A DNA stretch of 64,000 nt from Octopus vulgaris (taxonomy: Eukaryota), in the NCBI GenBank assembly GCA_951406725.2, contig OX597838.1, positions 23,188,001 to 23,252,000 of the forward strand, in the 5' to 3' direction. Below the pieces are notes generated by a model. The model worked only from the letters and a program-made list of their open reading frames with translations. It was not told the DNA's origin and searched no databases. Positions 53,511 to 64,000 of this stretch are shown here, one piece after another. A program made the translations under genes and the position numbers. How positions within the stretch are numbered: the stretch's first letter is position 1; each line of letters begins with the position of its first letter.

Positions 53511-54721
53511 ATATGTATATGTGTGTGTGTATGTATATGTGTGTGTGTGTGTGTATGTGTGTGTGTGTGTATATGTGTGTGTATGTGTATGTATATGTGT
53601 GTGTGTATGTATATATATGTGTGTGTGTGTATGTATATATGTGTGTGTGTGTATGTATATATGTGTGTGTGTGTATATATATATGTGTGTGTGTGTGTAT
53701 GTATATATGTGTATGTGTGTATATATGTGTGTGTGTATGTATGTATATATGTGTATGTGTGTATATATGTGTATGCACATATGTTTTATATGTGTGTGTG
53801 TCTTTGTGCTGTGTTTGTCCCCCACCACTGCTTGACAACTGGTATTGGTGTGTTTACGTCCCTGCAACTTAGTAGCTTGGAAAAAAAGGGACTGATAGAA
53901 TAAGTACTGGGGTCAATTCATTCAACTAAAAATTCTCCAAGGCGGTGCCCCAGCATGGTCGTGGTCTAATGACTGAAACAAGTAGAAGCTAAAAGATAAG
54001 ACTCGTTTTGATTTACCACCACTAAGCACATTGCCAAAACATTACCCCCAATTGTGACATGGCCACCACAACTGAATGCTACTCCATCACTTTGTCACAG
54101 GCCATCACCACTGTCACCACCTCACCAGCATCTTTATTGAGTCACAGGCCAGCTACATCATCATCGGCAGCATCACTACTACCACTACACATCATTAGTG
54201 TGTCAAAGGCCACCACTCACATCACCACCACCACTACCACCAGACATATCGCCACCACCATGCAGTGTATCACCATTGCTACCAGCAAATGCATCACCTC
54301 TCACACCACCACCACCATCAGCACAAGCAAGCATTACATCATCACCACATTGCATTCCTCCACCAACCATCATTTAACACATCACCACTCACATACCACC
54401 GAGCACTATGCCACCACTGCAACTAAACAGTATGTACTCAATTACAACCTCACATACCCCTCCACCACCTCCACTACCACCACCTACATTTCTGCTTTAA
54501 ATCTTCTGGTTTTTGTTTAATCAGTTAGTTTCAAGCTTCCTGATAGGATAGGCCCAGCCTTTTTGTGTGTGTGTGTGTGTGTGTGTATCTAATATGAATT
54601 GGTATTTTCTCCACTGTCCGACTAATTTCTGCATTCTGTGCCCTCAATAACAATAATAATAGTTCTTTCTAATTTTGATGCAAGGTCAGCAAATGATAAT
54701 AGTAATAATAATAATGATGAC

Positions 54722-55195
54722 AAAAGCTCTGATGCATTACCACCCCCACCCGCGTCTCTCTTATCTTAACTGATTGGAAGTGTTGTCATGTACGTGTTTT
54801 GTTTTGGTGTAGAAGGTTGGCCACAGCAAATATTCTGCCTAATACCACAGATTTGCTTGTCAGTTGTTTGACCTTAATCAGTTGAACATGTCCTTTAGTG
54901 GCTGACAGTATGTGCATCTCTGATGATGAGCAGGAATAGTGGAAGAGCATCATAGCCATGTGCTGAGAGGGATTTTTGGGGGTTTGAGTAATTCACCCTT
55001 CGAAACATGGGTGTTTCATTCATTGTCCTTAAACAAACCTTATTCAGGGACCTTTTGAGCTGGATGGGCTACTCAAACTGAAGAAAATTCTAACTGGGCC
55101 CCAGCTGCAAGGTTATGTGTTGTTTATCTTGATATGAGATCATCGTATCATGCACATATAGTTGTGATGCATGTGCCTGGTGTACACTTATCAGT
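54722..55195 (+). mobile_element. Repeat of about 550 bp associated with (TAA)n; probable R4/Dong-type 3'UTR
   Basis: Related copies at 50000-50300 and 59690-60415, all flanked or tailed by TAA repeats. The clade assignment is inference. Confidence 0.5.
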
Positions 55196-56042
55196 AGTAG
55201 TAATGATGATAATAATAATAAGAAGAAGAAGAACAAGAGCACTCAGAGAGCGCAAACCTCCACCAAAGCAACACCAGTGTCCAATCAACAATTAGCTAGA
55301 GATGATTTTTAAAATGAGAATATCTGAAATAAACTTGACTGCTTTCACAAACGAGAATACTAAAAATGAATGCGACTGTTATCAAAAATTAAGTAAAAAA
55401 AAAAAAAAAAAAAACGGAAAAAATAATCCAGAATCCTTGTCCGGTACCAGATTGATCCCAAAATCTAATCAGTTTATGCCAGTCATGAGGCCAAACATCC
55501 CTGAAAGTTTCATCCGAATACATCCAGCGGTTCTTGAGATATCTCGTCTACAGACAAACAAACAAACACGACTGAAAACAATACCTCTGTCTTCGCTAAG
55601 GCGGAGGTAATAATAATAATAATGGTTTCAAATTTTGGCACATGGTCAGCAATTTCAGGGGTGGGTGTAAATCAATTAAATCAACCCCCAGTGCTCAACT
55701 GGTATTTACTTTATTGACCTTGAAACGGTGTAAAGGCAAAGACAACCTTTACTGAATTTGAACTCAGAACATAGATGGATGATATGCTGCTAAGCATTTT
55801 GCCCAGCTGACCAACGATTCTGCCAACTTGCTGCCTTTATAGTAATAATGATAATAATAATAGTAATAATTTCTGTGGTTGGTGTTAGGAAGAACATCCA
55901 GCTGTAAAAACCATGTCAAAACAGACACAGAAGTCTGGTGCCTCGTCTTCTGCCTGGCCATCTCCTGTCAAACTTTCCAACCCATGCCAGCATGGAAAGC
56001 AGATGTTAAATGATGATGATGATTCCGATATCTGAGGGAGAG

Positions 56043-56075
<33 letters not shown>

Positions 56076-56894
56076 TCACCACTGTTATTACTATCACCAC
56101 TATTACCACCACCACCACCACCATACAATTACCACAACCATTATCACCACCATCAATACTACCACTACCACCACAACTACTTCTACCACTACCACCACTA
56201 CTTCTATCACCACCACCATCACTATCACTGCTGCCACCAGTGCCACCACCACTACTATTACCACCCACCCAACCCCTGTCACCACCACAACTACTACCAT
56301 ACACTACTATTATCACCACCACCACCACCACTACCTCTTGTACTGCATGTCTTGAAACCAAAACAAGCTGGTCAGAGAAATTAAGTTTACAAGCTGTACC
56401 AAGCTATTTCATTAAGTCACTTAACTCACCCCACCCCATCTCTCTCTCTCTCTCCAATATTGTTGTTGTTCTTCTACTTGTTGTCACCCAACTGTCATTT
56501 GTGACCTCTGGCAAACTTAAAAACATTTCAACATCAAACACCATTTTTTTGCTTTGATGGGTTTTTGTTTGTTTTTGTTTTACTGTTAGTCTCAGAAACT
56601 GACTCATTGTAGCATGGTGGGTGGTGTTACTTACATACCAAATTTCTAAGTTGACTGTATGGTTTTAACAATTAGACTCAGACAAATGGCGGGGAACATT
56701 GTATATGGCTGTAAAGGATACTTAACAGTCCTTGCTATAATCAGGTTTTAGTATGTGTGTGTATATGTATGTACATATATACTTGGAAATGGATGCGTGG
56801 CGTTCAATCAAATAATAATATATATATGAATTTTTTGCGTAATGAGATAAAAAAACCAAGGCTGTATAGATATTAGAGCATTTATAGATAGAAG

Positions 56895-56946
56895 GTCTTA
56901 CAGCTGTTTCTAGGATATTAATTAATAATATCCCTTCATTGGAGAC
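56895..56946 (-). ncRNA. Type I HHR motif; core CCAATGA is probably CpG-decayed CCGATGA
   Basis: Minus strand reads gtct CCAATGA a gggatatt attaatt aatatcct a GAAA C agct G TA agac. Confidence 0.65.
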
Positions 56947-57355
56947 GGTGTGAGAGGAAAAATTAAGTCATAGTTAGTTTCGATGTGATACAAATAGAGG
57001 GTGAGGTGGAGGCAAGAAAATAGATGTAAGATATGTATGGTTATTGAGTTTGTAAATCCGTTTTTTTAGGCATAATGGTACATATGTGTAATATTCCAAT
57101 ATCCTTTGAGTAAAATCCAAAAGTCCAACAGAGTTTAATATGAGGCCATCCAGATGTAGAGTTTATAAGCAATGTAAGATTCCCTTAAAGTTGGTCATTC
57201 CCAGTAGGGAATTTATATAGAGTGTAGCAGATTCAAGGTTTGTGTTTAAACTGACCTAGAAATAGGGAATGTATGGTCAAATTGAAAACAGGAAGAGAGG
57301 AATGACAAAAAAAAAAAGGGTAAGAGAAAATGACACCATTATCTCTTATAACCTC

Positions 57356-57389
<34 letters not shown>

Positions 57390-57520
57390 AGCTGTAAAAC
57401 CATGCCAAAACAGATATTGAAGTATTTGCACATATGCATATTTGTCTGTTAATTACATTCTTAACTGTTAAAATATTAAAATATAGAAATTGTTATTGAA
57501 TTATAATACAGTTATTTAGA

Positions 57521-57600
57521 GACCTGAGGATTGGGGTTGCGTTTAAGAAATGTTTCCTGTATAAGGAACATTAAACGCACCTCATGAAACACGTGTAGCG
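57521..57600 (+). ncRNA. HHR motif with canonical core and long stem II; stem I weak
   Basis: CTGAGGA ttgggg t tgcgtttaa...tttcct gtata aggaa...ttaaacgca cctcat GAAA C acgt G TA. Confidence 0.6.
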
Positions 57601-57782
57601 GAGAAATTTAGAAATGATTAGTAAGTATTAAAATGAAATTCTATTATATGGTGTGATGTATATTAGGATTTGATGAATTGCATGGGGACCTCTATCTCTA
57701 AATAACATATTTTTCCTTATCGAGAATAATTCATTTTATTTGAATCCCTATGACGCCCCGGTATTTTTATTCCCTAATAAAT

Positions 57783-57833
<51 letters not shown>

Positions 57834-58116
57834 CAGAGAGAGAGAGAGAGAAATCTCTATTAAGCAATTCAATAATGAAAGATGTTATTCACACCACATA
57901 GAAAACATACTATAAAAACCTTATTCTAAAAATCAATAAAGTACAAAATTATATACATATATATTGTGAAATTTGATTTAGAATTGCTAAATTGAATTTT
58001 TCCCTGTAAGTTCCCTACTATTATTATATGCATATATTTATATATATGACTGCATGTGTATCATTGGTGATCTGTTTTCCTCCGTCTTCCCTTCCTTGGA
58101 TCTTTCCTCTTCCTAT

Positions 58117-58151
58117 GTTTCTGACGCAAAGCTCCGCTCGAAACATTAGAT
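58117..58151 (+). ncRNA. Degenerate HHR motif (element about 58048-58255)
   Basis: gttt CTGACGC aaagc tcc gctc GAAAC ATT agat. Confidence 0.45.
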
Positions 58152-58300
58152 CCTCTTTCTTTCTTTCCTTTCCTGAGCGTCCAATAACACTATACTTGTT
58201 CCACATCCGCGCGTTGTGTTTTCTCTTTATGTTTTCATGTTTGAATTAACTTTTTATACATATATATATATTTATATATTTATATATATATATATTTATA

Positions 58301-58349
<49 letters not shown>

Positions 58350-58387
58350 TTATATATTTATATATATATATATATATTTTATATATT

Positions 58388-58486
<99 letters not shown>

Positions 58487-58559
58487 CCATAATGGACCGT
58501 TAGCTCCTACACGCATTTTTTTCTTTCCTTGTTTCTCTTCTTGTTTCTTTTCTGTGTAT

Positions 58560-58595
58560 CTTTCTGTCGAAGAGCATAGGCTCGAAACGTAAAAG
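58560..58595 (+). ncRNA. HHR motif, CTGTCGA core with intact stems (element about 58482-58692)
   Basis: cttt CTGTCGA a gagc atag gctc GAAAC GTA aaag. Confidence 0.6.
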
Positions 58596-58691
58596 ACTTG
58601 TTCTATTTCTATTCCTGAGCGCCATACTAATACATTTGTTTGTTTGTACTCCACCTGCCTTCGTCTTTTGTTTATTTTCGTAAACCTTCTC

Positions 58692-58727
<36 letters not shown>

Positions 58728-59510
58728 TATATGGGTACAGACGTCACAAACAGTAAACATGAAATACGAAACAAGCAGTAAACAATATGAAATACAAAAA
58801 AATAAATGAGTTGAATATGCAAACAACAAGAGAAACAAATGGAAAACAGGACAAGTAACATAAAGAACGACCCTTCATCAATTGTCGGCTGCATATCTAC
58901 TCATCGTTTTGTGCACTGAATGGCACTGATTTTGTAGACAGAAACTGAAAGAAGCCTGTTGTATATATGTGTGTGTTTGTGTCTCTGTCCCCCACCACTG
59001 ATTGACAACCAGTGTTGATGTGTTTGCATCTCTGTAACTTAGTGGTTCAGCAAATGGTGCTGATGGAATAAGTACTAGGTGTAAGAAAAGGAATGAGTAG
59101 TTGATCTGATTCTGTCAACTAAAAAATTTTCATGGCAGTGCCCCAGCATGGCCATGGTCTGATAACTGAAACAAGTGAAAGATAAAAGATACACGATGGG
59201 CTTCTTTCAGTTTCCGTCTACCAAATCCACTCACAAAGTTTTGGTCAGCTCAACACTATAGTGGAAGACACCTACCCAAAATGCTCCATTGTGGGGACTG
59301 AACCGCAAACCATGTAGTTGGGAAGCAAGCTTCTTAACCACAGAGCTACACTTGTGCCTATATATGTGTGTGTATTTTTAATAAATGCAATGTTTGAGTA
59401 CATGTGCACACACATATAACACATATATAGGTTTGGTGATGCAAACATGAAAATAAAACTCAAAATGTGTGTGTAGATTAGATAGACACATACATACATA
59501 CATAGACAAG

Positions 59511-59673
59511 ATTAATATTTAGCTGAAGCAACAGAGTGACTCAAGGTCTGAGATGTTTAATCAATTATTTTCAAATTTATCAAATTTTATATCAATTTTA
59601 TCAAATTTTGAGAAGTGCTGACACATGAAACTCTTAGTCCTTGAATCACTCTGTTGGTTCTCCTAAATATTAA
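59511..59673. repeat. Small fold-back/MITE-like inverted repeat
   Basis: TTAATATTTAG...CAACAGAGTGACTCAAGG pairs with CCTTGAATCACTCTGTTG...CTAAATATTAA. Confidence 0.7.
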
Positions 59674-61039
59674 TAATAATGATAATAATAAATGCTCTGA
59701 TGCAGTACCAGACAGTGGCTCTCATGGCTTCTGGTCTTAACTGATTGGATGTGTTATCATGTACATTGTTTTGTCTTTCTATAAAAAGATGGGCTACAGC
59801 ATATATTCTGCTCGATACCATAGATTTGCCTGTCACTTGCTTGACTTTAGCCAGTTGAGCATGTCACTTAGTGGCTGACGATAAGTGCATCTCTGATCAC
59901 AAGCAGAAGTAGTTGGGGAGCATCATAGCCATTTTCTGCTCCGCCGGCTACTGGACCACGCCCGGGGGGGCAACGCACGCACGACCTAAGCTCCCGGGGC
60001 TAGAGATAGCCTTCCTTGACCTCGCCAAAGCCTTCAATACGGTTTCGCACTCCCTCGTTTTTGTGGGCATGAGAATTCTTTGGAGTTTGAATAATTCACT
60101 TTTGGAAACATGGGTATTTTGTTCAACATCCTTAAACGACTCTTATTCAGGGACCTTTTGAGTGGGATAGGCTACTCGACCTGAGGAAAATTCTAACTGG
60201 GCCCCACCTGCAAGGTCATGCACTGTTTATCTTGATATGAGATCACCACGCTGCTGTTTATCTTGATATGAGATCACCATGTCATGCCCATATGGTTGTG
60301 ATGTATGTGCCTGGTGTACCCTTATCAGATGGGTAGTCACGATGGGTATGGTAGGTTTCATATATTTGTACCCCAGTGTCACTTTGATGGTGTGTATTGC
60401 TCTCTCACTCAGTAATACACACATACATACAATGAACCAACTTCATGACAGGAGGTGCAGATGAGAGCAGCTGCATCAAACTCTATCATGCACCAAATGG
60501 CAATTGCTAAAAAGCATTCGTGAAGTAAAATCATGTAGCAACACCAAATGGCAGTGCCCCAGCATGGCCACAGCTCGTGAGCTGAAACTAGATAAAATAA
60601 AATAATACATACATACATACATACATACGTACATGCATACATACATGAACAGCTTAGTCAAGGGTGAAAAGAGTGGATAGCCACTGTTTAATATAATAAA
60701 CATAGATAATATATACATGTGTGTATGTTTGTCTGCATCTCTCTCCATCATCATCATATGTCTGCCTTCCATGCTAGCTGTCCTGTGTGCCCATGCTATA
60801 AAATAGCAAGGAGCACCTGTTTGATAATGTTACTACCAGCACTACTTCAAAAGCCATTTTAACTCCTTCCAGGGTTGCATTGGACCCTTATAATATCTGT
60901 TCTCTTGACAACAGGCCACAGAATACATAGTGTAGAATTTGGCCCCTAGTTCCACACTGCCCTCACCTGATAACTGCCTTGTGTGCTCATGTTATAAAAT
61001 AGCAAGGAGCACCTGTTTGACAATGTGAGCTGGAGATAC

Positions 61040-61290
61040 CTATTTCTTCATTACCCACAAGGGGCTAAACATAGAGGGGACAAATAAGGACAGACATAGG
61101 TATTAAGTCGATTACATCGACCCCAGTGCGTAACTGGTGCTTAATTTATCGACCCCGAAAGGATGAAAGGCAAAGTCGACCTCGGCGGAATTTGAACTCA
61201 CAACGTAATGGCAGATGAAATACCGCAAGGTATTTCACCCGGCATGCTAACGTTTCTGCCAGCTCGCCACCTTTTCCAGCTCACCGCCTT
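61040..61290 (-). mobile_element. SINE family B, CpG-rich
   Basis: Reverse complement of family B. Confidence 0.85.
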
Positions 61291-62242
61291 CGCCCCCTTC
61301 CATACTGTTCTGTCCCCGTCTTTCCACCCCTTTCACACACACCATGTTGTTTTTAATTGATAAATACATTGACTCCACTTCCCTGTTTCTACTCACTCCA
61401 CTCGAAAGATTCTTCCCACCCTTCACCTACTCTCCCTCTCAAACCAGTCTTTAACCGGTGTGTCATTCTTTACTAATCCTTCTGTTATTTCTTCTCTGTC
61501 ACTCTTACAAGTTGTAGTATTTAAAAAAAAAAAAGAAAAAGAAAAAAAATGTATGTGAAAACCATTTCAGCCACATCTCATGTGAACCCACCAGAAATTC
61601 AGGGAAATATCGCTGACTAGCACAACGCTTATATATTATAAGGACCACTTGCAGTTCAATGCTGAATTATGAAGAGCCTGTAAATTAATGTGCTGCTCTG
61701 CCCTCATTTCAATCTTCGAGTTTGCCCATTTAATTTATGTTGTGTTTGTAATAGGTACAGGTGTGGTTGTGTGGTTAAGAAGCTTGCTTCCCAACCACAC
61801 AGTCTTGGGTTCAGTCTCACTGGTAACCTTGGGCAAGTGCTTTTAAAAAAAATTTTTTTTTTTACTATAAACTCTGGCTGACCAAAGCCTTGTAAGTGGA
61901 TTTCATCAGCAGAAACTGAAAGAATCCTGTTATATTTCATTTTCTCTCTGTTTATTTTCCCTTATTCCTTTCTGTTGAAGAGTGTAGGTTCAAAATGTAA
62001 GACTTTCATTTTCCTGAGTGTCAAACTAATACACTTGCTTGTTGTTCATACACCTGTCTTCGTCTTTTGTTTCTCTATAAATTTCAACTACATGTATGTA
62101 TATATATATATATATATATGTAGTAAGCCTAGTACTTATTTTATCAGTCCCTTTCGTTGAACTGCTACATTACGGGGACTTAAGCATACCAACATCAGTT
62201 GTCAAGCGATGGTAGGGGGACAGACAGACACACACACACACA

Positions 62243-62284
<42 letters not shown>

Positions 62285-62392
62285 ATGGGACTGAACCTGG
62301 AACCATGTGGTTGGGAAGCAAGCTTCTTACCACACAGTAATATCCAGGATTTTTTTTTTCCTGACAAAATTCTGATTAATGTTTTCACTTTC

Positions 62393-62676
62393 CCTCTTCA
62401 TGTGGTCTTCGAAGGGGTAACACTCCGCTTCTCTATACTATACTCAAATACCTCTTCAAGTGGTACTTTAAGGCATGACAATTGCCATTTCCACCCTGAC
62501 TTTCCTCTTTAAGTGGCACTCAGAGACAGCACTTCTGTCACACTCACATGTGTCTTCAAGTGGTACTTTTGAAGAAGTAACATTCCACCTCTCCGTTCAG
62601 CTTCCTCTTCAAGTTACACTTGAACTGGCAATATACCCCCAGCTTCACTCTTACCAGCATCAAGTGGTACCTGAAG
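62393..62676. repeat. Six copies of a semi-palindromic CTTCAAGTGGTACTTTGAAG-like motif with mostly unrelated spacers
   Basis: Motifs anchored at about 62400, 62458, 62511, 62558, 62611 and 62662. Confidence 0.7.
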
Positions 62677-62799
62677 TTATTTGTTTGCCTAGTGTTCTAT
62701 CCAGGGGGTGATTTATTCTGTGCCATCATAAGTACATGAGTACATTAGGCTGTTGTTCGGGGGTCTCACAGGTCTGGGAACCCAGTTCTGATCTATGTC

Positions 62800-63010
62800 G
62801 ATTGTTGTGGATGGATGAAGACAGTTTCATAAAGAAGTGCTGATCACTTAAAGTGGAGGAAAGTTGTGGAAGAGGGAAACCCAGGAAGACATGGGACGAA
62901 GTAGTGAAGGCCAAGATGAAAATGCTGAACCTTATGAAGGAGATGACGGAGGACCAAGATACGTGGAGCATTGCTGTACTCAAAAAGACCTTCCTGTTAA
63001 AACAGAACTG
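62800..63010 (+). mobile_element. RTE LINE 3' end
   Basis: MDEDSFIKKC*SLKVEESCGRGKPRKTWDEVVK. Confidence 0.8.
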
Positions 63011-64000
63011 AAATCCTAAACTAAGATGCCATGTAAAAAAGCATTGGTGTGGGTGCTGGTTCCATGTAAATAGCATTGGTGATGGTGCCACGTAAAAAAG
63101 CACCCAGTACACTCTGTAAAGTGGTTGACATTAAGAAGGGCATCCAGCTGTAGAAGCCACACCAAAACAGACTACGGAACCTGCTGCAGCCCCTGATCTT
63201 GCCAGTTCCTGTCAAGCCATCCCATAAAGATGTCTGTCTTTATGTTCTGAGTTCGAATTCCACCAAGGTCGACTTTGCCTTTCATCCTTTCAGGGTCGAT
63301 AAATTAAGTACCAGTTGTGTACTGGGATCAATCTAATCGACTGGCCCCCTCCCACCAAAATTTCAGGCCTTGTGCCTAAAATAGAAAAAAAATATTCCTT
63401 GTGTAGTTCGATGATTGGTAGGGGGTGGTGGATGTTGTCTTCCATGGAGGGAGTACAGGTAATGGTGGTAGTGATGGTGGTGGCAGTGATGGGTGCTGGT
63501 GGTGACAGTGACGATGGTAGTGATGATGGTGGTTGTGACAGCGGCGGTGGTGGTAGTGATGATGGTGGTGGTGGTGGTAGTGATGATGGTGGCAGTGGTG
63601 GTGTTGATGGCATTATCTAGACTTCCAGTGCTTGCTTACTCACTAAGTACTCAAGTTGTACTATTGTGCGTACCTGCGCACGCGTATGTGTGTACATGCG
63701 TGCCATGTGGTTTGGTCTGTATGTATGTCAATGGCCACTGTGTCCGTATGTTGTCTGTATATTCTTTCTGTCTGTGTCACTAGATGGCTTCGTACTGCCT
63801 GTGTGTATGTGTGTCCATGTATACGTTTATGTATGTGTGTGTGTAAGCCAGCTCGTTAGATCAGCTGAAGTCATGTGAGAGAGACTGCTGTTAGCGCCCA
63901 GACAGCAACAGCGAAATAAAACAATAGAACAACACTGTTGTAGACAGCAGCAGCAGCAACAGTAGCTGTTGTAGTATTGGTGGTAGTGGTGGTGGTGGTG

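Larger units (their letters stand above)
1377..64000 (+). other. Probable intron 1 of the ANKRD13-like gene, extending beyond the window
   Basis: Consensus donor GTGAGT at 1377. No DPRGRTxLxLAV-type exon 2 was recognised on reading, and the content is almost all repeats. Confidence 0.55.

Noticed and set aside
12376-54930. Other CTGANGA/TCNTCAG matches (e.g. about 12377, 25923, 50091, 54920)
   Set aside because: No correctly placed stem II, GAAA, stem III and stem I, so treated as chance matches
54059-56384. Thr/His/Gly-rich ORFs (54059-54520, 55885-56384; also 63290-63620, 29959-30825)
   Set aside because: Trinucleotide (CAC/TAC/GGT) or CT low-complexity tracts with no splice or homology support
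1468-58894. Numerous long Y/I/C/V/M/H/T-rich ORFs (e.g. 9633-10613, 15108-16022, 53296-53903)
   Set aside because: They are translations of (TA)/(TG)/(CA) microsatellites, which lack stop codons; not protein-coding
58730-58920. Possible additional HHR-bearing element (minus-strand TTGATGAAGGG)
   Set aside because: TA-flanked like the others, but the motif is incomplete and truncated by a SINE
62393-62676. CRISPR array
   Set aside because: Eukaryotic context, degenerate repeats, irregular spacing and no cas genes

Overview
Eukaryotic, AT-rich, microsatellite-dense DNA. The SINE and repeat content looks like a coleoid cephalopod (Octopus-like); that assignment is inference. The only host coding sequence I can support is the first coding exon of an ANKRD13-family gene (1242-1376, + strand, GTGAGT donor). 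No exon 2 is recognisable, so the rest is probably one intron of more than 62 kb. That intron is filled with tRNA-derived SINEs, LINE fragments (RTE, CR1/L2, L1/Tx1, R4/Dong), mariner/Tc1, pogo, hAT, piggyBac and Helentron relics, minisatellites and a 159-bp SINE-head satellite. Almost all ORFs in the track are microsatellite or repeat artefacts. The most notable signal is more than a dozen minimal type-I hammerhead ribozyme (HHR) motifs in short, Penelope-like pLTR-type elements, most of them inserted into (TA)n tracts. They include one canonical copy (38468-38513, -), a family with a CUGUNGA (A6U) core, and a pair with a compensatory G3-C8 core. Several sit in fold-back duplications whose axis lies just upstream of the ribozyme. 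Repeat boundaries were read by eye and are approximate unless TSDs or TIRs are given.
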